A stretch of DNA of 63,148 bases, counting the filler, from Bigelowiella natans CCMP2755 (Eukaryota; Protista; Cercozoa), in NCBI GenBank assembly GCA_000320545.1. It is 5 parts of 5 records of this genome, joined end to end, with 100 filler letters (N's around TTAATTAATTAA, not from the genome) between each part and the next. Parts side by side here need not be neighbours in the genome. Positions count along the whole stretch, not along the records: positions 29,332 to 48,163 come from ADNK01001437.1; positions 48,264 to 52,930 come from ADNK01003017.1; 3 more parts are not named here. The stretch is one strand, 5' to 3'. This document shows, one piece after another, positions 35,977 to 49,114 of the stretch. Both the position numbers and the translations under genes were made by a program. Position 1 is the first letter of the stretch. The number at the start of each line of letters is the position of its first letter. Below the pieces are notes generated by a model. The model was given only the letters and a program-made list of their open reading frames with translations, did not search any database and was not told where the DNA came from.

Positions 35977-38670
35977 ATGGGAGCCAATATCACAATTGAA
36001 AACGACTCCAACGAACAAGTAGCTGGTGTAATCCTGAACCACGATGGCGGCATCGTGCCAGGATGGGACTTCAGCGTCAAGCCGAGGGAGCAGTACGTGA
36101 GTTCCTCGGAGCACATAGAAATAGGGAGAAAGTATAAGCTAATTTTGCGATGTGGGAAGACTATGAACTTGGTCATGGAAGACGATGAGAAGAATCAAGA
36201 ATTTTTCGCGTTTCCTTTGCAAAAGGAGGGACTGACACTAACAGTGCGACAATTAAAGGACAAGTTGTCCCTTCAGCGTCTGGAAATTGAATATTTGTGC
36301 CAGAAAATTCTCCCTGGGATACGGGTTGAAGATCGTGTCTTCGCTACCATGCAAACATATAAGAAAAGCTTCATTGCAAGTGATTTAGTTGCTCACGTTG
36401 TGTTGCATGGGCTAGCTGAGAACCGAGAGATGGCTGTTGCTAAGTGCAACTCGCTTCAGGTTGCAAAAATAATAATTCCCTTCGGAAATTCTTTCACTCC
36501 TTTCTCAAACACAACCCGGTATTATAAGCTAAACGAAGACAATGAACTGGTTAAATCCCTTGGTCGGTTAAGGTCGATTCCAAGCGATGGGAGTCGGAGC
36601 GAATCTCATAAACGATTCAAAGAATTTCGGCCCATGGACCGCGACATTCTTGGGCTAGAGGGGTGGCTAGAGAAAAGATCGAAATTGGGTTACTGGCAGA
36701 AACGTTTCTTTCGTATTCTTGATGATAAAAAGATGGGGATTCTTATTGCATATTTTGAAAGCACCTCATCAACAGTGGCACGTGGAGAGATCCCTCTGAA
36801 TCACATCCGAATGGTGGAAATGCTGGATAATGACAACAACATATTTAACCTAGTAATGAAGCCAAGAACAGGGATGAAATCTTATGCAGTCAGAGCCCCG
36901 AGTAAGAAGTCCTGTGAGATATGGATGCGAAATCTACGGGAGTTTGCTGACCGACTCAGTCCTTCCGAGGTGGTGCGCAAGTCGCCGTTGGCATTTGTGA
37001 TGAACGATGCGATGGTGTACGCGTTCTGCAAGCTACTCAAATCCAGATTCTTCCGCAAAGATAGCTGGATATGCAAACGTGGTGACAAGGCAGACTGTTT
37101 CTATCTCCTTCGGGGCGGTACCATGGGCATTTACGTGCGCAACAGGGAGGGGAAAGAGCAGTTCTACTGCAAGCAGCGGCCTGTGTCAGTTCTCGGAGAA
37201 TCTTTGTTCATGAAGCACACAGGTCCTCCTCTTCCAAGGAATGCATCCTATAAAGCTCTTGAAGACTGCGAATTATTGTATCTCTCTACGCGCAAAATAG
37301 GGCAGTTTCTGACTCAATATCCGGGTATTGGGGGCCAGTTGCACGTGCTCTTCCAGTCGGGAATTAATGGCCTGATCGAAAGGGTCTCCATCTTCAAGCA
37401 CCTAGTTGCAGTCGATTTGGCGAAGTTGAAACTGGGGCTTCACTACACTTGCCTGAGGGAGGGAGAGGTGCTCTTCTATGAGGGGGATCTGGCTAACGAG
37501 TTCTACATTGTTTGTAAGGGTAGCCTCACGATAAGCCAGTACGACCACCAAGCGGAAAAGGAGCGGATACTGAAAGTCGTGGGGAAAGCCGAATGTTTTG
37601 GGGAAATCTCATTGATGCTATCAGGGATTCCTCGCACGGCAGCAGTGACTGCTACCCGACCGTCATATGTATTTTCCCTTGATAAGGACACGTTCCAGTC
37701 CTTCCTTTCGGTGGCGAAACTAGATAAGAGTGTATTCATGAGGCAGCGTATCGTCAACACCTTCAAAACATATTCCATTCCCTTTTTCGAGTCCATCCCA
37801 GAGGAGAAGTACCCCGCGCTTGCTGCCGAGGCCTCCGTGGAAACCTGCCAACCAGATAAAGTAATCTTCAAGGAAGGAGATGTTGGGGATAGGTTTTACG
37901 TGGTCTCATTCGGTGAGATGGCGGTGGTTAAGGACTCAAAGAAGATCAAGATCTTAAAGCAGGGAAAATACTTCGGCGAAATCGCACTGGTCGTTGAGGA
38001 CACCCCGCGCACAGCGACCGTCATGACAACCAAGCCCACAGTACTCCTGTCGCTCTCAAAGAAAAGCTTCCGTAAGTTCTTTGACGATATGCCTGAGGCT
38101 TTAGCTGATGCGGAGCTAAAGATCGCGGGTAAGAAGTGCCGGATTCGCTCAATTATCTACCACCCGAGCGGACTCAAGTTCTTCACGAAGTTCCTGACCT
38201 CTCAGTATGCAGAGGAAAGCATCGAATATTGGAACAAGGTTCGAAAATACCGAAAATGGGCCATCAGCAAAAATGTAGAAGTTGTAGAGGATCTGAAGGC
38301 CATCCAGCTTCAAGCGGCCAAGATAGCGAGCAAGTATGTGCGGCACGATGCGGACAAAAAGGTGAATATCTCGAACGACATGACAAGGAAGATCTTAGAG
38401 ATCGTTGATCGAGGGATGGCGGACGCTGCGACTTTCCTTGAGTCTGAAGAGGAGGTTGTGACGTTGATGTCACGAGACAAACTACAGCTCTTCAAAAATT
38501 CTAAAGAGTTCCAAATCCTGATGGACATTGTGGGCACCTACGAGGTAGATGTGACTACTATGACAAAGGGCGGAAAGAAAAGAGGAGGCTCACTTATCGA
38601 GATAAAATTGCACGACACCATACAAGGCATCATGTCTCCAACAAGAGATACACGTGCGGGAACTGCATGA
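35977..38670 (+). CDS. Intronless 897-aa signalling protein: DEP - PH - three cyclic-nucleotide-binding domains - RGS
   Basis: DEP: YKKSFIASDLV...NREMAVAKCNSL...FSNTTRYY. PH: EGWLEKRSKLGYWQKRFF...RGEIPL...CEIWMRNL. CNB cassettes: LGESLF..PRNASY, FGEISL..PRTAAV, FGEIAL..PRTATV. RGS: GLKFFTKFLTSQYAEESIEYW...IASKYV...VNIS...LMSRD...F. N-terminus begins MG. Confidence 0.88.
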   Translation: MGANITIENDSNEQVAGVILNHDGGIVPGWDFSVKPREQYVSSSEHIEIGRKYKLILRCGKTMNLVMEDDEKNQEFFAFPLQKEGLTLTVRQLKDKLSLQRLEIEYLCQKILPGIRVEDRVFATMQTYKKSFIASDLVAHVVLHGLAENREMAVAKCNSLQVAKIIIPFGNSFTPFSNTTRYYKLNEDNELVKSLGRLRSIPSDGSRSESHKRFKEFRPMDRDILGLEGWLEKRSKLGYWQKRFFRILDDKKMGILIAYFESTSSTVARGEIPLNHIRMVEMLDNDNNIFNLVMKPRTGMKSYAVRAPSKKSCEIWMRNLREFADRLSPSEVVRKSPLAFVMNDAMVYAFCKLLKSRFFRKDSWICKRGDKADCFYLLRGGTMGIYVRNREGKEQFYCKQRPVSVLGESLFMKHTGPPLPRNASYKALEDCELLYLSTRKIGQFLTQYPGIGGQLHVLFQSGINGLIERVSIFKHLVAVDLAKLKLGLHYTCLREGEVLFYEGDLANEFYIVCKGSLTISQYDHQAEKERILKVVGKAECFGEISLMLSGIPRTAAVTATRPSYVFSLDKDTFQSFLSVAKLDKSVFMRQRIVNTFKTYSIPFFESIPEEKYPALAAEASVETCQPDKVIFKEGDVGDRFYVVSFGEMAVVKDSKKIKILKQGKYFGEIALVVEDTPRTATVMTTKPTVLLSLSKKSFRKFFDDMPEALADAELKIAGKKCRIRSIIYHPSGLKFFTKFLTSQYAEESIEYWNKVRKYRKWAISKNVEVVEDLKAIQLQAAKIASKYVRHDADKKVNISNDMTRKILEIVDRGMADAATFLESEEEVVTLMSRDKLQLFKNSKEFQILMDIVGTYEVDVTTMTKGGKKRGGSLIEIKLHDTIQGIMSPTRDTRAGTA

Positions 38671-39782
38671 ATCAAAACAATATGTTGCCAGACAGATGAT
38701 AGCGGCAGAAGCGTGCTAGAATATGCAATAGTAAAATTAAAGGAGCACACACAAATTTTATTATTGCCTGCCTGTATTGTGTATTGCATGTCTATCATCT
38801 GTGCACTGCATGGCCACGCACTCGCAAAACATTGTTGTAGCGAAAATTCCTTCATTTATTTAAACACAATGACTAAAGTAAAAAATAAATGGAGCCTTTA
38901 GCGATTATTTGTGTGCCGAGAATGACGCAAGGCGTGATACAATCAAATAATCATTAGGATGACCTTTGAAAGAATTTGATTATTGTTTCGTTATACATCC
39001 CCATAGCCCGTATCGTACACCCAGAGCCCTAATATCCATCCTATCTATGCTAGCTATATATATTAATTAATATAGACTATAGTATACTATGGACTACTTA
39101 TATGGATGTATATGTAGGCTCTGGGCATCCGTCGATCTCACAATCAAATGATCAAAAACGAGCGCTAACTATTATTGCATGGTGCATGAGCCCAACATTA
39201 TTTAAAGAATACGATAGGAAATAGGAATGTGCATGTGTTACTACGTACACGCCTATACTACATGCTTGTTGGCGTTGTGTGCCTCAATGCCGGCGACCCG
39301 GCTATTTATATTATGCACGGGGCACGCGCATGCAGCAGCTCGACTCTAGAGCTAGAGCAAAAATGTAGATACGTACCGTAGCTAGCTACAGTAGCGACAA
39401 TTGTGCGACGTACGATGCATGGCACAGGCGTCGATGCGCGACCAGCCATCAAAATTTATGTTTGCATGATGATGATGAACCCTAATGTGTGAAACTTACA
39501 TTGATTATACTCTGTGCATTTGTTTTCGACAAGGAGGTCATGTCAAGCTCGCTCGAGGGCTTCATACACGTAGCTTTGTCCGTCCGAGTGCGTGTACCGG
39601 ACGGGCACATTCGCTGCCTTTGCCGTCTCTATTTTTCCATGTGAGAACCAGGACGGAAATGGAAATTTGGGCTTTTTGTGTTTGGAATTAATTCCTCTTC
39701 CTCCTGTTCGTTATACAGTTCCTCGATCTTTCCCCATCCCCTTATTTCTCACTCACTCTGGATGCCCATTTTCTGGACCGCC

Positions 39783-41383
39783 TCAGTTGGGAAGGCACTC
39801 CTCTGGGGTCTTCCACCTGCACATAAACAAGATTTCTCAATCTTTGTCCCAATTCCAGAAGAGGATTCCTGACTCTTTCGCACATGTACACCCACCACCC
39901 ATCTAATCGCTACCACTACACAGAACATCGCACGTACATGAATATTGCGCCCTCCGATCCAACGGTCACCATGTACTTTTGATCCGGGCTAAACATGCAC
40001 GACGTGATGTGACCGCTGTGACCCTGTTAAGGTGACAAACGAATGAGGAGATAAGTAAGGACGAATGCGTGCAGAAGCAGGAGAAAGAAACATGCGGGTA
40101 CAGACAAGTAGATACATAGAGCATAAATATTAGGGAAATAGAAAAGATTGTGGTCCTTAGTAGCATAGAACTCGAATAGAATGACAGAGGAAATTCCGGT
40201 TTAGGAAACAATTTGGAATGGATTCTCTCTCCCTCTCTCTCCCCCTCTCTCTTCTCTAGTAAGACATATACCTTGCCGACGAAATGTACTTCACCGTCAT
40301 CATAGCCCCACAAACGAAGGACCATGTCGTTACCACCCTGGATTGTGGGGAGGGACAGAGGGGTGAGCACAGCTACACGACGACGACGACGACGACGAGC
40401 TCTCCCAACCACCATCACGCAACCACGGGCAAGTACGAAACTGCATTCTTCATAGAAAGTGCGAATGTCTCTTAAGTATGAATGTCAGCACTGTTCATTA
40501 TGTGTGCGCGTGTGTCGCAAATCGTATTACGGAGATGAACCACTCGCCGTCGGCAGAGATTGAAAGGCAATTAATATCCTCCTACGAAGGGTGGAAGATG
40601 GATGAGGACAGAAGTAAAATTGGGAGAAAGCAGAGGCTATTTCTTGACACCGCTGAAACTGGCTGGCACACATATTATCACCCTCCTTGCGCACGCACAA
40701 ACGCAACCTTGGATGACTCAATGATCCTGATCTCGGACGACTTGACTACGTCCCAGAATGTGATTTTGCGATCAGTTCTGAAAGAAATGAACCAACCATC
40801 GTCAGTGAAACGATGTCAAGGCACGAGAAGGATGGTGGTGGTAAATGATAATATGGTGACCAAGAGGACAACGTTTGATGATAGGGATGATCCAAATCAT
40901 GCTCTAGGATTCTCCCCCCCCCCCTCCCCCGATTTTATCAACTATGAAAACTACCCTGTCGTAAGGATCTGGCTCTGATCTGGATGGTACACGGCGCTAC
41001 GGAACTGGGTCGTTGCGAAGAGGCACGAGTCGCGGTTGTATTGGTTCAAATCCCATATGATGCAAGACCCATCATCGGCGGCAGTTACGCAGTAATTGTC
41101 AGTCTCATCAACCTGCACCGAATTCACCTTGCCCTTGTGTTGCTGCGGATCATAATCAAAGTCAAGGTCTGAACGATGACTATTTTGAAGAAGGGTGGCG
41201 ATGTCAAACTCGTGACAATACGTATATAAATAATATATATATACACGTTCATACAATAGCCACTCTCACTTCCCCTCTCCACCCTCTTCACCTTCATTGA
41301 AGCAACCATCGATTGCGTCTGACGTGTGACTTTCCATATCCGGACGTTTCCTTGGGCTCCCCCTATTTGTACGCACATGTATG

Positions 41384-41415
<32 letters not shown>

Positions 41416-41882
41416 GGGCACGGTCGTTCGGCTCTTATGGCACTGTTATTGATCGCAACATTTGTTTTGGCAGCTGAAAGTAGTAAGGAGTCATGGCGAT
41501 GGGGCGTGCTCATTCACACGAACGTACCAGAGATGATCCGCTTGGAGTCGGAGGTCATTGAGATTCCGGTAACACCATCTCTATGCGCGTCGTTTATGCA
41601 GAATATTAGCTTCCCGGACTTTGGCTTGAACGCTCGGATCTTGCCGTCCTCCCACCCGGTAACGATGGATTTGCCGTCAGGGGCGATGTATACGCACAGG
41701 CACTTTAGGTTTGGCACCTGTTGACGGGCAAAAAACAATGGTAGATTAAGCGTCAACGCAGTACTAAACAAGCCCACTCGTCCCGACTATGCTACATCCT
41801 GCGTCCATTGGCTATGTACAGAGAAAGAGAAGCATGTAGTATGATGTTGGTTTGTTTTGAATGGTTTCATCGTCTTTTTGCA

Positions 41883-41923
<41 letters not shown>

Positions 41924-42617
41924 GTATGCGTGTGTGTGTGTGATTACTGCGCCCTTTGCACTCATCAAACTACTGCTACCTCGATGCGAAGGAGCTCGTC
42001 GCGTTCCTTGGCATTCCAGATTCTTATGTCGTTGGAGCACGTTGCAAACAGCTCAGAGTAGCCAGCCTGCAATGAGCAGGATGATGATGAGAAAATCATG
42101 GAGAGACGAGTGGCACGGTGAACCAAGCTGCATCCCAATATTTTCCCAGGAAGTCAATGCACACGAATCAATCAAAAAGTGCACATTTGAGGTGCGTACC
42201 GGGAAAGAGATGTCGTTGATTGCGTTGTAGTTACACGTGGAGCGGAGCTCGTAGTCGAAGTCCTCAAGGGCCACCAGATAGGTCATACCGGTGGTTGTTC
42301 CAACGAAGAAGTGGTCTCCAGCTGCGTTGAGGGCGAGGGAGCTAGCACCCCCTTTTACCTTCAACTTCCTCACGACCTGCTCGATGGCAACAAGCACGAT
42401 GAGGCAGGGGGGGGGGGGGACGATGCGAAATTAAAAGATGTTGTAGTTTTGTCAAAGGTCTTCCTCGATTCGAGACCCTCTTTCCAGAAGCCTCCCCACC
42501 CACCCAAATAAGACGAAAAGGGTAAGCTTCCGACCTTCATCGTGGAACAGTTTATCATCGCCACGTGGCCGTCGCCAGCGCCAATAACGATGTGCCCGGG
42601 CATGAACTGCAACGTGG

Positions 42618-42658
<41 letters not shown>

Positions 42659-43519
42659 TTGAAAAAACACATCTATCAACGTAGCTGGAGTAAAACCGTA
42701 TCATATGCCATTCATATGTGTCTGTGATGTACGTGCGAGCGCGCGTGGATGCAAGAGTGCGGAAAGGAGTCACTCGGTGAGATCCACCACCCATCCACTA
42801 TCTTCCTTGCACCCGCCCCTAGCTTTACTCGGAGAAACGCACCTTTTCAGTCTTAATCATGGAGATGATGCCTCTGCCAAACAGATTTTTCTTCCTGTTG
42901 ACAGGCCCAGATGCCTTGAGCATCTTTGCCTCGATGTTCACCGCGAAAACGTCGCCAGAGGTCGTGCCTAGCCAAACCTGCGAGATGGAGCAATGGGTGG
43001 TGAGTGGCTGGTTGGATTTTGTGATCGAGAGCCCCGCACGGCAAATAGTCTAGCAAAGGCAGAGAGGAATGGAAAAGCTCATGACCGTGTTAGTGTCGAT
43101 GCTGGACTTGCAAGAGATAAAGTTTCTTCGTTCCTTTCCGAGCGAGATGTCGTGCGGGGTCAATTTACGCTGCGCGTAGTCGAAAGTCCAGATGCGCGCG
43201 TTGTTGTTCTTTCCGGCGGAGATGAGCATGTCGTTGCGACCTTCGATCCAACTGAGAGGAGGGGGAGCAGTATCAGGAGGAAGAACAGAGAATATATCCG
43301 CGCTCGTGGGCATTGTGTATGCGGCAAGCTGTGTATTCGGTAGTCAATACCTGACTGTCATCGTAGTTTGGTTGGCCGATGAGGCGCCACAAACGGCTTC
43401 ACCGGACTCAATGTCCCAGACGACGATGTTGTTGTCGTCACAGCCTCCTAGCGAAACTACGAATCTGTTAAAGGCGGTGGTGTTCAGGAAACACACAATG
43501 ATCGATCAATTCCACACGA

Positions 43520-43572
<53 letters not shown>

Positions 43573-44744
43573 ACATATATATCATGATGATGGACTCAAT
43601 CTTGGCATCGATCTTTCTCATTTTTTGTCATTTGTCGCAGTCCAGATAATGGTGTGTGTCTTGTGTATCTATCCCCTCCTCTTTACGTATTGAACTGACC
43701 CTTCCCACCCTTTGAAAACACACTCACAAAAACATCACACGTACTTTTCGTTGTCTGAAATGGAAATATCCTGCACCAATCCCTTATGCAGGGTAAGCTT
43801 ATGCATCGCTTCACATGTCTCCATATTCCAGATCACAATAGGTGCCTTGAAGCCTGCAAAGACGCGACGGATAAGTTGATATGTAATGCCACCCAAAAGT
43901 CAATCAAAATGCCAGAAACCAACAATATTTCTGTGCGACAGCTGAGATCATACTAAGTTATATTGAGAAGTTTTCTAGTCCAAAGAAGGATAATTCAATG
44001 CTTAATGTGTGAAATTCCAGTCCCTCTTTCCCCCCTCTCAATCCTTCTCACTGATAATTATAAACTGTCGCCACTAGCATTATGTCTCTGATGCAGCTGT
44101 TGTACCCATCACAGCGTGCTGCCCAGAAGCTAAGTAGGTTCCGTATTTCGACATGGCCAAGCAGGACACCTTCGCACAACGCAAGTATGGATTAAAGTTA
44201 GAATACTGGAATACTACTCCTCAGGCGTGCACCAATAAAAGCAAGCTTGATCAGATTTAATGAACAAGGGGAAAACTCGCAGGAACTGCGTACCTCTTGG
44301 TTGTGCCCCCCTTCTTGTAGGAAAAACTGCTTTGACTCCGTGATATGCTTGACCACAATCGTGGAACCCAGAGGAAATACTAGATGCTCGTCATCGGGGT
44401 GTAAGCAAAGACCATTCTTGACTTTGCCTGCATGTCCGAATACAGAGGATTGAGTGAAGGGGAGACCGTAGAAACAGCAAGAGCACCAAACATGTACAGC
44501 ACAATATGTCATAAAGCGGAGACCATCTTCATATTTTTTCAGAGAAACTGATTTTCCACGTTTTTCCGTCTCTATGTCTCTATGTTTGAGCTGTTGTGTG
44601 TGTCGTCCAAAAGCTGAAAAACTGCTAGTAATTACCGTTAAGACCAATGACCCCGAGGAGCTCGAGTTTTTTGATTGTTTCCTTGCTCTCCTTAACCTTA
44701 GAGCCAGCCTTTGTGCTACTGAATCCCTTAGTCTTCGTTTCCAT
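39783..44744 (-). CDS. CFAP52: Cilia- and flagella-associated WD40 protein 52 (WDR16)
   Basis: LELLGVIGLNGKVKNGLCLHPDDEHLVFPLGSTIVV, IVTGWEDGKIRAFKPKSGKLIFCINDAH, CVTAADDGSCIIWDL, YHPDQSQILTTG, VTVGSEGAIFMW; many WD repeats. Confidence 0.9.
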
Positions 44745-45550
44745 TTTGTTAAGCTCTCCACTCTGTCACTATGAAATGTACGAGAGAAATTCTCAGTGAA
44801 AACCAAAAGTGGAAGGATATATTGGGGAGAGTAGCTTAATCGGAAACAAAAGGCGTTAAGCTCGCTCTCCACCTGGCCTACCCTCTTTTTTCTACAAGTG
44901 GAGTCTACAGTAACTATTCTCTTCGGCAACAGGAGTCCCTCGCTATCATCATAGTCTAGAATTCTCATCAAGGGGCAAGCAAATCATTGTTTTCGAATGC
45001 ACATGTTGGACAAAAACTAAGTGTTGCTCAACGCTCTTCCATCTACTTCCAGTATTTCTAGAATAATATACTCCTGTTTCTCTCAACAGAGAGGACAGTT
45101 CGCCATGGAAAAGAAATTTGGGAGGCGGGTGGGTAAGGGGAGAGCACCTCGTTTTGTGTATGTGGGCGTTGTGGGATCTGGGCTTCTCCAAGCACGGAAA
45201 GTTGAATTTGTATTATGTTTTTCATTTGCGACAATATTCCTTTGCCTGTTTCTATTCGAAATCTACGGCGTTTTCCCACACGATTCAGCCTATCCGCAGA
45301 AACCGAAACTGGAAACCGTCTGAATTCAGAGATACTTGTGAGATTCTCTGTTTTTCCCGAGTTGGCGAGGCAGAATTCAGTTAGAATATGCTGTCGTACA
45401 TACTAATTTCAGCTCATATCGAGAATGTTCCCTTCGGATTTCAATTTAACATTTGATGGATTGTGATTCACTAGCTGCGACATGAAAATGCAGATGTCGC
45501 TACCAATTAGCATAAACAGCCGTTGCGTTTGGGAGATTCGGGATAAAATA

Positions 45551-47137
45551 ATGGATCGACGGTTCGCCTCCCCATCGAGGCCTTCCTCCCCCTACTCCAA
45601 ATTAGAATCTACCTCCTACCTCGCTCAGGGAGAAGGACCAGTATCCTATTTCCAAGCGAAAATAGAAAGGACTGTCAAGGATCTCAAGGAGAAAGGGTTG
45701 ATTGCGTGTTCGTTCATCATCTCTGATCTCTCTGATGATGCCATATTTTGGCTATCAAACAGGACCTCCAACTTTTCGGACCGCTACTTGAAAGACGAGG
45801 GTAAGAGTAATTAGTATCACTCTATACATATATAAACAAAACATCTATAGCGGGAGAAGAACAATACAGGGTGTATCATACCCGAGAGCGTGGATTACGG
45901 TTCCGTACTTTCTGAAGGCTCACATCGAAATAGGATGTATCGCCGTTTGCTCGGCCGCAGCGCTGGTGCCCAGTCTCACTGTGCTTAATCTCGGAGGGAA
46001 CGATATAAGATCGTCAGGAGGGAATGCCATCGCCAGTCTCCTCGAGGTAGAAACACGATGATGAGCATGTCAGTTGTAGGCTGAGTTCTTCTGAACGACG
46101 ATCCCCAGCGCCACCATCATTGCCGATTTTTACAAAAACAAAGAGAGTTACTTGTATTTACGTAACATCGTCTCTTATCGGCATACGTGCGTCGAGGGGG
46201 GGTTATGCCTTCCTGCCTGCCTGCATCAACTGACAAGACACGAGCAGCGTGAATGTCGCTGTCACGCGCATGATGAAACACGCCTCTCCTCTGTGCTGAT
46301 GGGCAGGCAACTTCTACTTTGCGTACATTGCGGTTAAGCTGGAACTATCTCGGAGTGGGAGATGGGATGACAAGCATTGCTAGAGGAATAAGCAGGAACC
46401 GGTCTCTGCGTGCTCTCGACCTGCGAAACAATCGTATTGGGCCTGGGGGGGCAGAGGTATGGAGGGCGTTCTAGGGGGGAACAGTGGGCCTGAACGTGCG
46501 AATAAGTGTAAGAATGTAAGATGTTGTCTGACTTATCTTACACCGGTGCATGCTCATCTCCGATGTATGTATGTATGTATGTATGTATGTGTCTGTATGT
46601 ATGTGTCACATGATCTCCTCCTCCTCCCCCCCCTCCTCCTCCTCTTTCTCTTTCTCTATCCCCCCCCCCCCCCCCCCTCCATTCATCCATCCTCCTCCTC
46701 CTTCAAATATACACAACAGGCTCTTGCTAGCATGCTCAAGGCGAATCGCACTCTCACCTCTTTGGATTTAAGATGGTCAGCACTAGCAGCACAGAGTCGT
46801 AGTAGAATAAGTAGTAGTAGCAGCAGCAGCAGCAACAACAACAACAGTATACCTATACCCAGATAGATGATCTCAACTCAGCGTCTCACTGTGGGTTACT
46901 TTCACTTACATTATCTAACAGGAATCAGATTATGGACGTTGGGGCGCGCGCTCTGCTGGAGGGTCTTGCTCGTAACGACACGCTAATCGCGATGCCTCTA
47001 TCGGGGAACAAGGTGCGTTGTGGCGCTCCTCTGCGCTTCTCATTGCCCCTCCCCCTTCCTCTTCTTCTCGCATTCCCCATATTTGATTCCTGCTTTCGAA
47101 AGAATATGCTCCAAGGACGTGGCTAGTGTGTTTGTGC

Positions 47138-47178
<41 letters not shown>

Positions 47179-47890
47179 GGGACATAAAGACTCTTCCTTC
47201 GTCCTGCCAGTGCTCCTATCATAGCGGCGATTAGGTTAAGTTACTATCTAATTTTTTTTTTTTCCCCCCCCCCCCCCCCCCCACTACGTACGACACAGAT
47301 CTCAGTGCAAACGCAGGATGCTATACAAGCAGCGCTCGCGGTTTGTGTGATGTGAGAGGCATGATATGGAGCGATGAAAGAAGGATGTAGATTTCTCAGA
47401 ATGTAACAATGCTGTCTAGGGCGTGCGCGCGGGAGCGTGTGTGCGTGGGTGTATTGTTTTTTTTGAAAACAGCATTTCATGTAAAAGTAAGCTCACTGTG
47501 TAAGAGGCTATCATGTCATTACTACTACCACTACTCCTCCTCCCCCTCCTCCTCCTCCTACTACTACTACTACTACTACTACTACTTTTACGAGTACGAC
47601 GGTGACGACTCCAAGCGCATCCAAACGCACTGCACACACGAATGAATTGATGACCAACAAGCTTGGCTGTTATCCCAACAGAGAAATGCGGAGCAATCGC
47701 GAGCCATAAAGAACCCCACCGAGGCGCAGCGTCTTGTCGCTGATGAGCTCGAGCTCGCCAGCCCCCTCATAGACCAGGCTGTATCGATTACTGATGAGAA
47801 AAACCACAAGTATGGCAAGAAGTCTTCTTTTCCCCACCGCTCGGATGAGGGAGAACTCATCGATCGTATGGCCCGGAGTCATGTCAAGTA
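45551..47890 (+). CDS. RNI-like leucine-rich-repeat protein, LRRC45-like (3' truncated)
   Basis: LNLGGNDIRSSGGNAIASLL, WNYLG, LRALDLRNNRIGPGGAE, LKANRTLTSLDLRWNQIMDVGARALLEGLARNDTL..LSGN; repeat order resembles LRRC45. Confidence 0.75.
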
Positions 47891-47909
47891 GGATTTAGCA
47901 GCAAGATCT

Positions 47910-47940
<31 letters not shown>

Positions 47941-48163
47941 TATCATCACTAGAAGTCGTCGTAGCAGACGAAGAAGAAACAGAAAAAGAAGAAAAAGAAG
48001 AAGAAGGAGGAGAAATTGTATGCAAAGGAGAAGGAGAAAAGGCTCCATCGTCATCTTTCAGCAACCATGCCATTCGCCAGTAGCAAAACTAGCAGCTTGC
48101 TGTTGTCATCATCGGCTATCCTGATTAAACGATTTCCTTGTGAAAACAACCTCTACTCTTGCC

Positions 48164-48263
48164 NNNNNNNNNNNNNNNNNNNNNNNNNNNNNNNNNNNNN
48201 NNNNNNNTTAATTAATTAANNNNNNNNNNNNNNNNNNNNNNNNNNNNNNNNNNNNNNNNNNNN
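48164..48263. other. Artificial contig linker
   Basis: N44-TTAATTAATTAA-N44. Confidence 0.98.
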
Positions 48264-48368
48264 AGTCCCCTCCCCCCATTTATATCAATCATCAACAACC
48301 GGGCTAATTCTGATGATGCTGCTGCTGCTGCTAATAAAATAACTATTTGTTTGTTTGTTGTTGTGCAG

Positions 48369-48973
48369 ACCCTGCCACCGGCCAACCAGTGTACTACCAT
48401 GTGCAGCTCCATCAACCGCAGCAGCAGCAGCAGCAACTACAGCATCAGCAGCAGGTTTCCTCTATGCCTCCTCATCGTCATCATCATCCCCCCTCGCTGA
48501 TGATGACATCGACGATGATACAGCACCACCAGCAGCAGGAGCACCAGCACCAACAACAACAGAAACAACAACAACAAAAAGAACAACCCGCTGCCAATCC
48601 CGATGGACATCCTCATCCTCATCCTCCTGTTAATGGTCCTACTACTACTACTTCTATTAAGTCTGTTTCCACTATTACTGCTACTGGGGATGGTGGTACT
48701 CATGGTGGGGGCAACGATGTGAAGAGTGCTCCTCAGACGGCAAAAGTCACAGCAGCAGCAGCAGCAGCAGTAACAACAACAACAACAACAACAAGGCCCT
48801 CCTCTAATTCTGCTCAAGGTCTAGATCAGAAACAGGGGAATGAGGGAGGAGGAGGAGGAGGAGTAGTGAGCGGTGATAGTAGTAGCAATAAAAGCAGCGA
48901 AACGGTGATGGTTGTAGCGGCGGATGATGACGACGCTGTTGCTCATTCTGGTGCGAACAAGCAAAAGGATTAA
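48369..48973 (+). CDS. Terminal exon of a Q/H/T-rich hypothetical protein
   Basis: Acceptor tgtgcag at 48368, open frame DPATGQPVYYHVQLHQPQQQ... to a stop at 48973. Confidence 0.55.
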
Positions 48974-49075
48974 CAGATATGATATCGGCCAGTCGGGAGT
49001 AGTAGTAGGAAGAGGAGGAGCATCAGAAGCAATTGTAGTTGTAACTCAAGCGATATTATTAATAAACATCATATT

Positions 49076-49114
<39 letters not shown>

